From contig OZ242320.1 of the NCBI GenBank assembly GCA_965208125.1, positions 2,304,001 through 2,368,000 of the forward strand: 64,000 bases of DNA, given 5' to 3'. Every line of letters begins with the position of its first letter. The stretch's first letter is position 1. Made by a program: the position numbers and the translations under genes. Positions 10,585 to 22,500 of the stretch are shown in pieces. Origin of the DNA: Candidatus Latescibacterota bacterium. GTDB taxonomy: Bacteria; Latescibacterota; UBA2968. The notes under the pieces were generated by a model. The model did not search any database and was not told the origin of the DNA. It was given only the letters and a program-made list of their open reading frames with translations.

Positions 10585-13500
10585 TTACCAGTATATCTGC
10601 CCTTGTAATATAATACGAGAGTCAGAAGGCCCAACAGCCTGTTTGCGATGCTCGGCTTCGATGTTCAGGTGTACCGTCCGATCCAGTTCCAGACGGCTGC
10701 CCAGCCGGTAGTGCATTGTGCTGGCACCGGATGTGCGCAACCCACCATAAGAGGCGAGCACCCCGTTTTTGCCGTGTGTGGGCAGGTCATAGCCGATTTC
10801 GATGTCAAATTGCTGCGGGCGCACATCGCCTACAGGGCGTTGGCTGCTATGGGCTGTGTCGAGCAGGTGGGTGGGATCCCACAGGGCATTTGTGCGGCTG
10901 ACGGGGTTGCCCCATACGGGCGATATGGCCAGGCGCAGACCGCGATCTCTGATCCCCGGATCGAATCGCAGACTTATTCTGGCACTCCAATCTTTGAAGT
11001 CGGCCTGCTGGTGCGCTATGAGATAGTGCCCGCGTGCTTCTATACCCCACCCGCTGGGGGTATGCACATATCCCAGGCCACCGCCTATTTCTGCACCTAT
11101 TCCCGTTTCTGCTTTGCCCCCATCCCACCGGCCACCAAGCTCAAGGCGCGGGGTCAGCGATGAGGTCTCCGACTGGTGGTTGGACTCACCTTGTAGCGCG
11201 AACCGAACCCGTTGCACGTCTGCTTGGGCGACTGGCAGGTTTTCCCGTTCATCCGAGTTTATGCTGACGACAAAGGCGTCGCTTTTCAGAGACAGATCGA
11301 TACCGCCCGCTTTTGCGAGCGCGTTGCGCATGCCCACCGCCGCCATGATCATTGCGATATCGGTCTGCGCTTCGCTGTATTGATCCGTTATTTGCACATT
11401 GCCCCGGCCGGTGCCTCCCAGGCCCCATATATCCAGGCCCGTGCCTGCTGAATAGTGCATGTAGGGTATGACGCTGAGGAGGTTCAGGTCCATTACACCT
11501 GCATCACTGCCGGTGTAATCGATCTCTCCGGTGCTGTGAGACAGGGCCAGGCCGAGCGTCAAGGGGTTGAAACGATAGTCAATTCCGAGGTATCCAGAAA
11601 AGACGCGTCCGTCCAGTGCAAGGTTATCCTCCGTGCGACTCGAGAACCCGCTCGTGCTGCCGTGTCCCCACAAGGACCAGGGCGATATCTTCTCTGCGTT
11701 TTCTTGCCCCATCCGGAGGCCGAAGCGGCTCTGAGAGAGAATGTCGCGGGCAGAGCGGGAGTGGAACTGAATCGGCTTATAGTCGAATGGGTTGTGCATG
11801 CGGGATGCTGCTCCGAACTGTCCCAACGGCAGGTTGATGTTGAGCCCCATCGATCTCGCCAGGCTTTGCAACAGCCCGATGACGCCGTGGTCTGCACGCA
11901 GAGTCAATGGTTGTCCGCCCAGTGTCGCATAAGATGCCTCTAACCTGGGCGTTGTGAAGCGGTCTTCTATTGCATTTACTGCGTTAGAAGCCACGGTTCG
12001 TCCAAAGGTGCCCAGGGCCAATGTCAGTACGTGTGGATTCAGGTCTGGCACGACCACCGAAAGTGTGAAGGTCATGCTGGCGGACATTGACGGTATGCCG
12101 TTATCTGTCGCTGTCACCGCAATGCTATGCACCCCCACGTCGTTGCGAGCGGGCGTGCCGCTAAATGCGCGATTGGCCGCATCGAAGCGCAGCCATGTCG
12201 GCAGGGGCGCGCCGCCTTCCAGTGCCGCCGTATAGGTCACGGTCTGGCTGGGATCCGGGTCGTTCACTTCGGGGAACGCATATTGGAAGGCCGTGCCCAC
12301 TGTCGCAGTCTGGTTCTCCAGGAGCGGCGCGGCGGGTGCGCCGTTCTCCTGGCGCGTGACTGTCAAGGTGTAGATCGCGCTCGCCAGAATGACCTCAATT
12401 GTGTTTGCACCGATTGCCAATGCAATGGGTTGGCTCGGCGTGCCACTTTTTATTGGCGTGCCGTTGACGACAATGGTCGCGGCTGTGTCGCTCGCCGTGG
12501 GTGTCACTGTGAGGCTCTCGACGGCGTTTCCGATCATGGCTTCATAAGTCGTTGTTTCGCTGGCAAATGTCGGCGTCAACGTGCCTTTCGAGAGCGTCAG
12601 GTCAGTCAGGGTTATGTCGTCGAGGTTGGTCGTCGTCAGGGTTATGTCGTCGAGGTTGGTCAATAAGATCTCTTTGGGGTCTATATTTTTATACTTGAGA
12701 TCGGCGCTTGCGACTGGTGATATGGTGACGGTGTAAGGCTGATCGCCATCGTTGAGGTCATCGGGCAGGCCTGCCACGGTTATCACCTGCGGCGTGTTCC
12801 AGCTCTCGGTGTTGGGCATAAAGGTGAGAGATTGAGGTGTCCCTATGCCTTCGGTGATATCCGAACTGCTGATCGAGAGGTTCACCGGTTCTGTGGGCTG
12901 GCTGTCCAGCACCACCTTGAAACTGGCGACGTGACCTCTTTCGGTGGTGGCCAACCGCGAATCGGGGCTAATCGCAGTGGCGGTTGTTTTGGTGAGTGAT
13001 ACGATTCCCGATTGGTTTACGATCAATCCCAAAATTGGGGTCACCGTGATACCCGCTACATCATCGTCGCGGTTGGTTACCAGCACTTCGGGAAGGTTTA
13101 TCCCATTGTAATCGGGCTGATCACTCGTTGCCGCCAGCACAATTTTATAGTCTTGATCGCCATCGTCGATGTTGTCGTCCACACCGGTGATGGTGACGGT
13201 CTGCGGAATATTCCAGTTTGTGGCTGTGAAGGTGAGGGATTGGGGTGCCACTGTGCCTTCGGTGATATCCGAACTGCTGATCGAGAGGTTCACCGCTGCT
13301 GTGGGCCAGATATTTAGCACCACTGTGAAAGTGGCTGTGCCCCCCGTTTCGGTGGTTGTGAGTCCCAATTCTCCGGCTGTGAGTCCCGATGCTCCCGTGG
13401 GTCCTGTGATGGTCACGGAGGGAGGCGTCAGGTTTGCCTCCACTGAGACTTGCTCTTCTGCTGCATTGTTGCCATTGCCTGCACCATCAGTGGCGATGTT

Positions 13501-16500
13501 TTCGTCGATATTTACGGTCACGGTTCCAGTGGCTGTTGGCGTGATCGTGACTGTGTAGGTTGTGCCTGAGCCGGAGAATGCAGTGACGGTTCCATTGCCG
13601 ACTGTTATATCATCCTGCCCGAACCCTGTGACGTCCTCCGAGAAGGTGATGGTTATGTCAAATGGATCCTTCTGAACATCCGTGGGCCTCGTGATGGTGA
13701 CGGTTGGTGCATTGAAGTCTGCCGTCACTGAGACTTGGCTGGTTGCTGCACTGTTGCCATTGCCCGCGCTATCAGTGGCGACGTCTGCTGCCACATCTAC
13801 GGTCACGGTTCCAGTGGCTGTTGGCGTGATCGTGGCTGTGTAGGTTGTGCCTGAGCCGGAGAATGCAGTGACAGTTCCATTGCCGACTGTTATATCACCC
13901 TGCTCGAATCCTGTGACGGATTCTGAGAAGGTGATGGTTATGTCAAACGCACTGTTCTGGGCATCCGTGGGTCCTGTGATGCTGATCGTTGGCGCGTCCA
14001 TGTCTGCTGTCACTGAGAACTGGCTGGCAGCACTGTTGCCATTGCCTGCGCTATCAGTGGCGACGTCTGCTGCCACATCTACGGTCACGGTTCCGGTAGC
14101 CGCTGGTGTGATGGTAGCGGTGTAGGTGTTGCCTGAACCGGAGAATGTAGTAACAGTTCCATTGCCGACTGTTATATCACCCTGCTCGAATCCTGTGACG
14201 GATTCTGAGAAGGTGATGGTTATGTCAAACGCACTGTTCTGGGCATCCATGGGGCCTGTGATGGTCACGGTGGGACGAGTCAGGTTTGCCTCTACCGAGA
14301 CTTGCCCTGCTGCTGCCGTGTTGCCATTGCCCGCGCTATCAGTGGCGATGTTTTCGGCAATATCTATGGTCACGGTTCCAGTAGCTGCTGGGGTGATGGT
14401 AGCGGTGTAGGTGTTGCCTGAACCGGAGAATGTAGTAACAGTTCCATTGCCGACTGTTATATCATCCTGCCCGAATTCTGTGACGTCCTCCGAGAAGGTG
14501 ATGGTTATGTCAAATGGACCGTTCTGCGTATCCGTCGGTCCGGTGATGGTCACGGTGGGAGGCGTCAGGTTTGCCTCTACTGAGACTTGCCCTGCTGCTG
14601 CCGTGTTGCCATTGCCCGCGCTATCAGTGGCGACGTCTGCTGGCACATCTATGGTCACAGTTCCATTGTCTGCTGGCTCAATGGTGGCTGTGTAGCTTGC
14701 TCCCGAACCAGAGAATGCTGTGATGGAGCCATTGCCGACTGTTATATCACCCTGCTCGAATCCTGTGACAGATTCTGAGAAGGTGATGGTTATGTCAAAT
14801 GCACTGTTCTGAGGATCCGTCGGTCCGGTGATGCTGACGGTGGGAGCATCTATGTCTGTGGTCACAGAGAATTGGCTCGCCGCCGTGTTGCCATTGCCTG
14901 CGCTATCAGTGGCGACGTCTGCTGAGACATCTACGGTCACGGTTCCACTGGCCGCTGGGGTGATGGTGGCGGTGTAGCTGCTGCCCGAACCAGAGAATGC
15001 TGTGATGGAGCCGTTGCCGATTGTTACATCACTCTGCTCGAACCCGGTGACAGATTCTGAGAAGGTGATGGTTACGTCAAACGCACTGTTCTGCGTGTCC
15101 GTCGGTCCGGTGATGACCACCGTTGGACGAGTCAGGTTTGCCTTTACCGAGAATTGGCTGGCTGCTGCCGTGTTGCCATTGCCTGCGCTATCAGTGGCGA
15201 CGTCTGCTGCCACATCTACGGTTATGGTTCCACTGGCTGTCGGCGTGATGGTGGCTGTGTAAGTTGCACCCGAACCAGAGAAGGCTGTCACAGAGCTATT
15301 GCCGACTGTTATATCACTCTGCTCGAATCCTGTGACGGCTTCTGAGAAGGTGATGGTTACGTCAAATGTACTGTTCTGATCATCCGTCGGTCCTGTGATG
15401 GTCACTGTTGGCCGCTCCAGGTCTGCCGTCACGGAGAATTGGCCGGCTGCCGTGTTGCTGTTAGTCGCTGCATCCTCCGCCACGTTTGCCGCCACATCTA
15501 CGGTTATGGTTCCACTGGCTGTCGGCGTGATGGTAGCTGTGTAGGTTGCTCCCGATCCAGAGAAGGCTGTCGCGGTTCCATTGCCGACTGTTATATCACT
15601 CTGCTCGAATCCTGTGACGGATTCCGAGAAGGTGATGGTTACGTCAAATGTACTGTTCTGATCATCCGTCGGTCCTGTGATGGTCACTGTTGGCCGCTCC
15701 AGGTCTGCCGTTACTGAGAATTGGCTGGCTGCCGTGTTGCCGTTAGTCGCTGCATCCTCCGCCACGTTTGCCGCCACATCTACGGTTACTGTTCCATTGG
15801 CCGCTGGGGTGATGGTGACTGTATAGGCTGCTTGTGTACCAGAGAAGGCTGTGACGGCTCCATTGCCGACTGTTATATCACCCTGCTCGAACCCTGTGAC
15901 GGGTGCCGAGAAGGTGATGGTTATGTCAAACGCACTGTTCTGATCATCCGTCGGTCCGGTGATGGTCACGGTTGGCCGCTCCAGGTCTGCCGTTACTGCG
16001 AATTGGCTGGCTGCTGCACTGTTGCCATTGCCTGCGGCATCGTTGGCGACGTTTGCTGGCACATCTACGGTTACTGTTCCATTGGCCGCTGGCGTGATGG
16101 TGACTGTGTAGCTGGCTCCCGAACCGGAGAAGGCTGTCGCGGTTCCATTGCCGACTGTTACCTCACTCTGCTCGAACCCTGTGACAGATTCTGAGAAGGT
16201 GATGGTTATATCAAATGCACTGTTCTGAGGATCCGTCGGTCCGGTGATGGTCACGGTTGGCGCATCGAGGTCTGCTGTCACTGCGAATTGGCTGGCTGCC
16301 TCGTTGCCATTGCCTGCGGCATCGTTGGCGACGTTTGCTGGCACATCTACGGTTACTGTTCCATTGGCCGCTGGCGTGATGGTGACTGTGTAGCTGGCTT
16401 CAGAACCTGAGAAGGCTGTGACGGCTCCATTGCCGACTGTTACCTCACTCTGCTCGAATCCTGTGACGGATTCTGAGAAGGTGATGGTTACGTCAAACGC

Positions 16501-19500
16501 ACTGTTCTGAGCATCCGTCGGTCCGGTGATGACCACCGTTGGACGAGTCAGGTTTGCCTCTACCGAGAATTGGCTGGCTGCTGCCGTGTTGCCATTGCCT
16601 GCACCATCAGTGGCGACGTTCTCAGCGATATCTACTGTTACTGTTCCACTGGCCGCTGGCGTGATGGTGACTGTGTAGCTGTCTTCAGAACCTGAGAAGG
16701 CTGTGACGGCTCCATTGCCGACTGTTACCTCACTCTGCTCGAACCCTGTGACAGATTCTGAGAAGGTGATGGTTACGTCAAATGCACTGTTCTGATCATC
16801 CGTTGGTCCTGTGATGGTCACTGTCGGTGCATCGAGGTCTGCCGTTACTGAGAATTGGCTGGCTGCACTGTTGCCGTTGCCTGCGCTATCAGTGGCGACG
16901 TCTGCTGGGACATCTACGGTCACGGTTCCGCTGGCCACTGGCGCGATGGTAGCTGTGTAGGTTGCTCCTGCACCAGAGAAGGCTGTCACAGTTCCATTGC
17001 CCACCGTCACCTCACTCTGCTCGAATCCTGTGACGGATTCCGAGAAGGTGATGGTTATATCAAATGCACTGTTCTGATCATCCGTCGGTCCTGTGATGGT
17101 CACCGTTGGACGAATCAGGTTTGCCTCTACCGAGAATTGGCTGGCTGCTGCCGTGTTGCCATTGCCTGCACCATCAGTGGCGACGTTTTCCGGCACATCC
17201 ACTGTCACGGTTCCATTGGCTGCTGGCGTGATGGAGACTGTGTAGGTTGCTTCTGTACCAGAGAAGGCTGTGACGGCTCCATTGCCTACTGTGATATCGT
17301 TCTGCTCGAATCCTGTGACAGATTCTGAGAAGGTGATGGTTAGGTCAAATGGACCCTTCTGTGTATCCGTCGGTCCTGTGATGGTCACTGTTGGCCGCTC
17401 CAGGTCTGCCTGCACGGAAAACTGGCTCGCCGCCGTGTTGCCATTGGTGGCGACGTCTGCTGGCACATCTACTGTTACTGTTCCACTGGCCGTCGGTGTG
17501 ATGGTAGCTGTGTAGCTGTCTTCTGAACCAGAGAAGGCTGTCGCGGTTCCATTGCCTACTGTGATGTCGTTCTGCTCGAATCCTGTAACGGCTTCTGAGA
17601 AGGTGATGGTTACGTCAAACGCACTGTTCTGATCATCCGTCGGTCCGGTGATGCTGACCGTCGGTTTATCTACGTCTGGGCTCGGGCTCGTGATGCTGGC
17701 TGTGAATTGGCTGAACGCTGCACCGTTGCCGTTGCCTGCGGCATCAGTGGCGACGTTTGCTGGCACATTTACGGTCACGGTTCCATTGCCCGCTGGGGTA
17801 ATGGTGGCTGTGTAGCTGTCTTCTGAACCAGAGAAGGCTGTGACGGCTCCATTGCCGACTGTTACGTCACTCTGTTCGAATCCTGTGACGGCTTCTGTGA
17901 AGGTGATGGTTATGTCAAACGCACTGTTCTGCGTGTCTGTCGGTCCGGTGATGCTGACTAACGGAGCATCCAGGTCTGCTGTCACGGAGAATTGGCTGGC
18001 TGCCTCGTTGCCGTTGTTCCCCACATCCTTGGCCGCGTTTTCTGGCACATCTACGGTCACGGTTCCGCTGGCCGCTGGCGCGATGGTGGCTGTGTAGGTT
18101 GCTTCTGTACCTGAGAAGGCTGTCACGAAGCCGTTGCCGACTGTTACCTCACTCTGCTCGAACCCTGTGACGTCTTCTGAGAAGGTGATGGTTACGTCAA
18201 ATGTACTGTTCTGAGGATCCGTCGGTCCGGTGATGCTGACCGTCGGTTTATCTACGTCTAATGTTCTCGTACTCTTGAGTTTGACTGCGAATTGGCTGGC
18301 TGCGCTGTTGCTGTTGCCTGCGGCATCAGTGGCGATATCTGCTGGCACATCCACGGTTACGGTTCCACTGCCCTCTGGGGTAATGGTGGCTGTGTAGGTT
18401 GCATCCGAACCTGAGAAGGCTGTGATGGACCCTTTGCCCACCGCAATGTCGTTCTGCTCAAATCCTGTGACGTCCTCCGAGAAGGTGATGGTTACGTCAA
18501 ATGTACTGTTCTGAGGATCCGTCGGTCCGGTGATGCTGACCGTTGGCGCATCGAGGTCTGCGTTCACTGCGAATTGGCTGGCTGCGCTGTTGCTGTTGCC
18601 TGCGACATCGTTGGCGACGTCTGCTGACACATCTACGGTCACGGTTCCGGTAGCCGCTGGTGTGATGGTGGCTGTGTAGCTGTCTTCAGAACCTGAGAAG
18701 GCAGTGACGAAGCCGTTGCCGACTGTTATATCACTCTGCTCGAATCCTGTGACGGATTCTGAGAAGGTGATGGTTACGTCAAACGCACTGTTCTGAGGAT
18801 CCGTCGGTCCGGTGATGCTGACCGTTGGCGCATCGAAGTCTGCCGTTACTGCAAATTGGCTGGCTGCGCTGTTGCCGTTGTCTGCGGCATCGTTGGCGAC
18901 GTTTGCTGGCACATCTACGGTTACTGTTCCATTGGCCGCTGGTGTGATGGTGGCTGTGTAGCTGTCTTCAGAACCTGAGAAGGCAGTGACGGAGCCGTTG
19001 CCGACTGTTACATCACTCTGCTCAAATCCTGTAACGGATTCTGAGAAGGTGATGGTTACGTCAAACACACTGTTCTGATCATCCGTCGGTCCGGTGATGG
19101 TCACTGTTGGCGCATCGAGGTCTGCGTTCACTGAGAATTGGCTGGCTGCCTCGTTGCCCTTTTCTACGACATCAGTGGCGACGTTTTCTGGCACATCTAC
19201 GGTCACGGTTCCGGTAGCCGCTGGTGTGATGGTGGCTGTGTAGGTTGCATTCGAACCTGAGAAGGCTGTGATGGAGCCGTTTCCGACTGTTACATCACTC
19301 TGCTCAAATCCTGTGACGTCCTCTGAAAAGGTGATGGTTACGTCAAATGGTTCTTTCTGTGTATCCGTCGGTCCGGTGATGCTGACCGTTGGCGCATCGA
19401 GGTCTGCCAGCACCGTAAACGTCCTGGATGCCCTGTTGTCATGGCCTGCTTCATCCTTGAACGTCGCTGCGCCGACCTGTACGGTCACGTTGCCGCTTGC

Positions 19501-22500
19501 GGTCGGTGTAATCTGCACGGTGTAGTTCCACCCGTAATCGGTATCGGCCTCGAAAGACGTGACCGTGCCGTTTGTCACCGTGATATCTTCCGCGTCGAAC
19601 CCGACGAGATTACCTTCGGTCGCTGCAAGCCTGACATCGAAGGGTCCGGTTTGAGGTGCCGTCGGTCCGGTGATCCCGGAACTGTACCAGAAGCGCGGCG
19701 GGTCTGCGTCCACCCACACCCGATAGTCTCCCCTCAGAGTGGCAGGGCCGTTCTTGACTCCGAACCATGTCGCTCTCAGGACACATTCGTATGGCCACGA
19801 CCCTTTTCTTTCATCGTTCCTGTAGCTCGGCGTCAATGTCAGGTCAAAGGCTGGCCCTTCCCCGGTGTAGGATATCGTGCTATTCTTCTGCGACGGCTCA
19901 AAACTGTATGCCTCAGGCACTTCCGAGAAGATGACTTTTACCTGGAAAGGGTCCTCGGTCGTGCGCACCGTGGTCGGGCCTTCGAACCGGATTGACCGCG
20001 GCAGATACACTTGCACCGAGAATTGACTGGCTGCCTCGTTGTTATGGCCTACACCATCAGTGGCGGCGTTTGCTGGTACATCCACCGTCACGATTCCACT
20101 TGCCGCCGGGGTGATGGTGGCCGTGTAGCTTGTTCCGGAACCGGAGAATGCAGTGACGGTTCCATTGCCGATTGTTACATCACTCTGCTCGAATCCTGTG
20201 ACGTCCTCCGAGAAGGTGATGGTTACGTCAAAGGCACTGTCCTGATTATCCGTGGGTCCGGTGATGCTAACCGTCGGTGCATCTATGTCTGCGGTCACTG
20301 AGAATTGGCTCGCCGCGGTGTTGCCGTTAGTCGCCACATCCTCCGCCACGTTGGCCGCCACATCTACGGTTACGGTGCCGGTGGCTGTTGGGGTGATGGT
20401 GGCTGTGTAGCTGCTGTCCGAACCGGAGAATGCAGTGACGGTTCCATTGCCAACTGTTACATCCCCCTGCTCGAATCCTGTGACGTCCTCCGAGAAGGTG
20501 ATGGTTACGTCAAATGGTTCCTTCTGCGTGTCCGTCGGCCCCGCGATGCTGACTGTCGGCGCATCGAGGTCTGCCAGCACTGAAAACTGCGGGGATGCCC
20601 TGTTGTCATGGCCTGTGCCGTCCTTGAACGTCGCCGCGCCGACCTTCACCCTCACGTATCCGCTCGCGGCCGGTGTAATCTGCACGGTGTAGCTATCCCC
20701 GTAATCGGAATTGGCCTTGAAAGACGTGACCGAGCCGTTCTCGACCGTGATATCTTCCGCGTCGAAGCCGACGAGATTACCTTCGGTCACTCCAAGACTG
20801 ACATTGAAGGGGCCGTTCTGCGGCACCGTCGGTCCGGAGACCCCTCGGCTCCAGAATCGAGGCGGATCCGGATCCACATCTACCTGATAGGTTGCAACCA
20901 AAGAAGGATGGCCCTCCCTGGGGTCGGACCAATGCAGCCGTATCCTGCACCAGTACGGCCACGACCCGCTTCGTTTTTCCGTGTAACCCGGCGTCACCGT
21001 GAAGGTAACGACTGACTGGCCGGAGTACCAGGTGGTGGAAGCAGTGAGATGCCATCTGTCACTGTATAAGGACCCAGACACAGGCGGTTCCGAGAAGATG
21101 GCTCGTACCTGGAACGAATCCCCGGTCTTGCGTATCGTGGTCGGCCCTTCGAACCGAATCCACCGCGGCAGATACACTTCCACGGAGAATTGGCTCGCCG
21201 CCGTGTTGTTGTTGCCTGCGGCATCCTCCGCCACGTTGGCCGCCACATCTACCGTCGCGGTTCTACTGACTGTCGGCGTGATGGTGGCTGTGTAGCTGCT
21301 GCCCGAACCTGAGAAGGCAGTGACGGAGCCATTGCCGACTGTCACGTCCTCCTTCTCGAACCCTGTGACGTCCTCCGAGAAGGTGATCGTCACGTCAAAT
21401 GCCCCTTCCTGATCATCGGTCGGTCCGGTGATGCTGACTGTCGGCGCATCTATGTCTGCTGCCACTGAGAACTGGCTGGCCGCCTCGTTGCCATTGCCCG
21501 CCGCATCCCTGGCCGCGTTCTCCGCCACATCTACGGTCACGGTTCCAGTGGCCGCTGGCGTGATGGTGGCTGTGTAGCTGGCTCCCGAACCGGAGAAGGC
21601 TGTCACCGACCCGTTGCCGACCGTCACATCCGACTGCTCAAAACTGTTCACATTCGGATCTATCGCCTCCGAAAACTCGATACTCACGCTAAACGCACCG
21701 GTCTGAACGGCCGTCGGTCCGGTGATGGTTACTGTCGGCGCATCCTGGTCTGCCGTCACGGAGAATTGGCTGGCTGCCTCGTTGCCGTTGCCTGAGGCAT
21801 CGGTGGCGACGTTTGCCGCCACATCTACGGTCACGGTTCCACTGGCCGCTGGCGAGATTTCGACTTCATAGCTGGTCCCCGAACCCGAAAAGGATTTCAC
21901 CGACCCGTTGCCGACCGTCACATCCGACTGCTCGAACCCGGTGACGTCCTCCGAGAAGGTGATCGTCACCTTGAACGAATGCTTCCCTATCGTATATGTC
22001 GGTCCGGTGATGGTCACTGTGGGATCCTCCAGGTCCGCCTCGGTCACCGTGATCGTGAAGGTCGCTGTCGAGGGGCTCTCCAGCGAGGTGCCCTCCTCAT
22101 TTGCCTCGATCGTGACCGTGTAATCCTTTTCTGTCGCGTTCGCGGCCACCGTGCCCTGCACCTGGCCGTTCGTGTACGACAGCCCGGAAGGCAGGCCCGA
22201 AACCGTCACGGTCACCGGGTCTTCGTTCGGATCGGTCACCGTGATGTCGAACGCGGTGATCGTCTCTCCCTGCTCATACGTCTTGTTCTCCGGTGCCTTG
22301 ATCACTGGCGGCTGGTTCGACGCCTTCACCCTGATCGTGAAGGTCTTCGTCACTGTGTTCACCCTGTCAGTTACGCTGATCGTGACCGTGTAGTCCTTTG
22401 CCGTTGCATCTGACGCCACTGTGCCCTGCACCTGGCCGTTCGTGTACGACAGTCCCGATGGAAGACCCGTCATCGTCACCGTAATGTTGACGTCGTAGTC

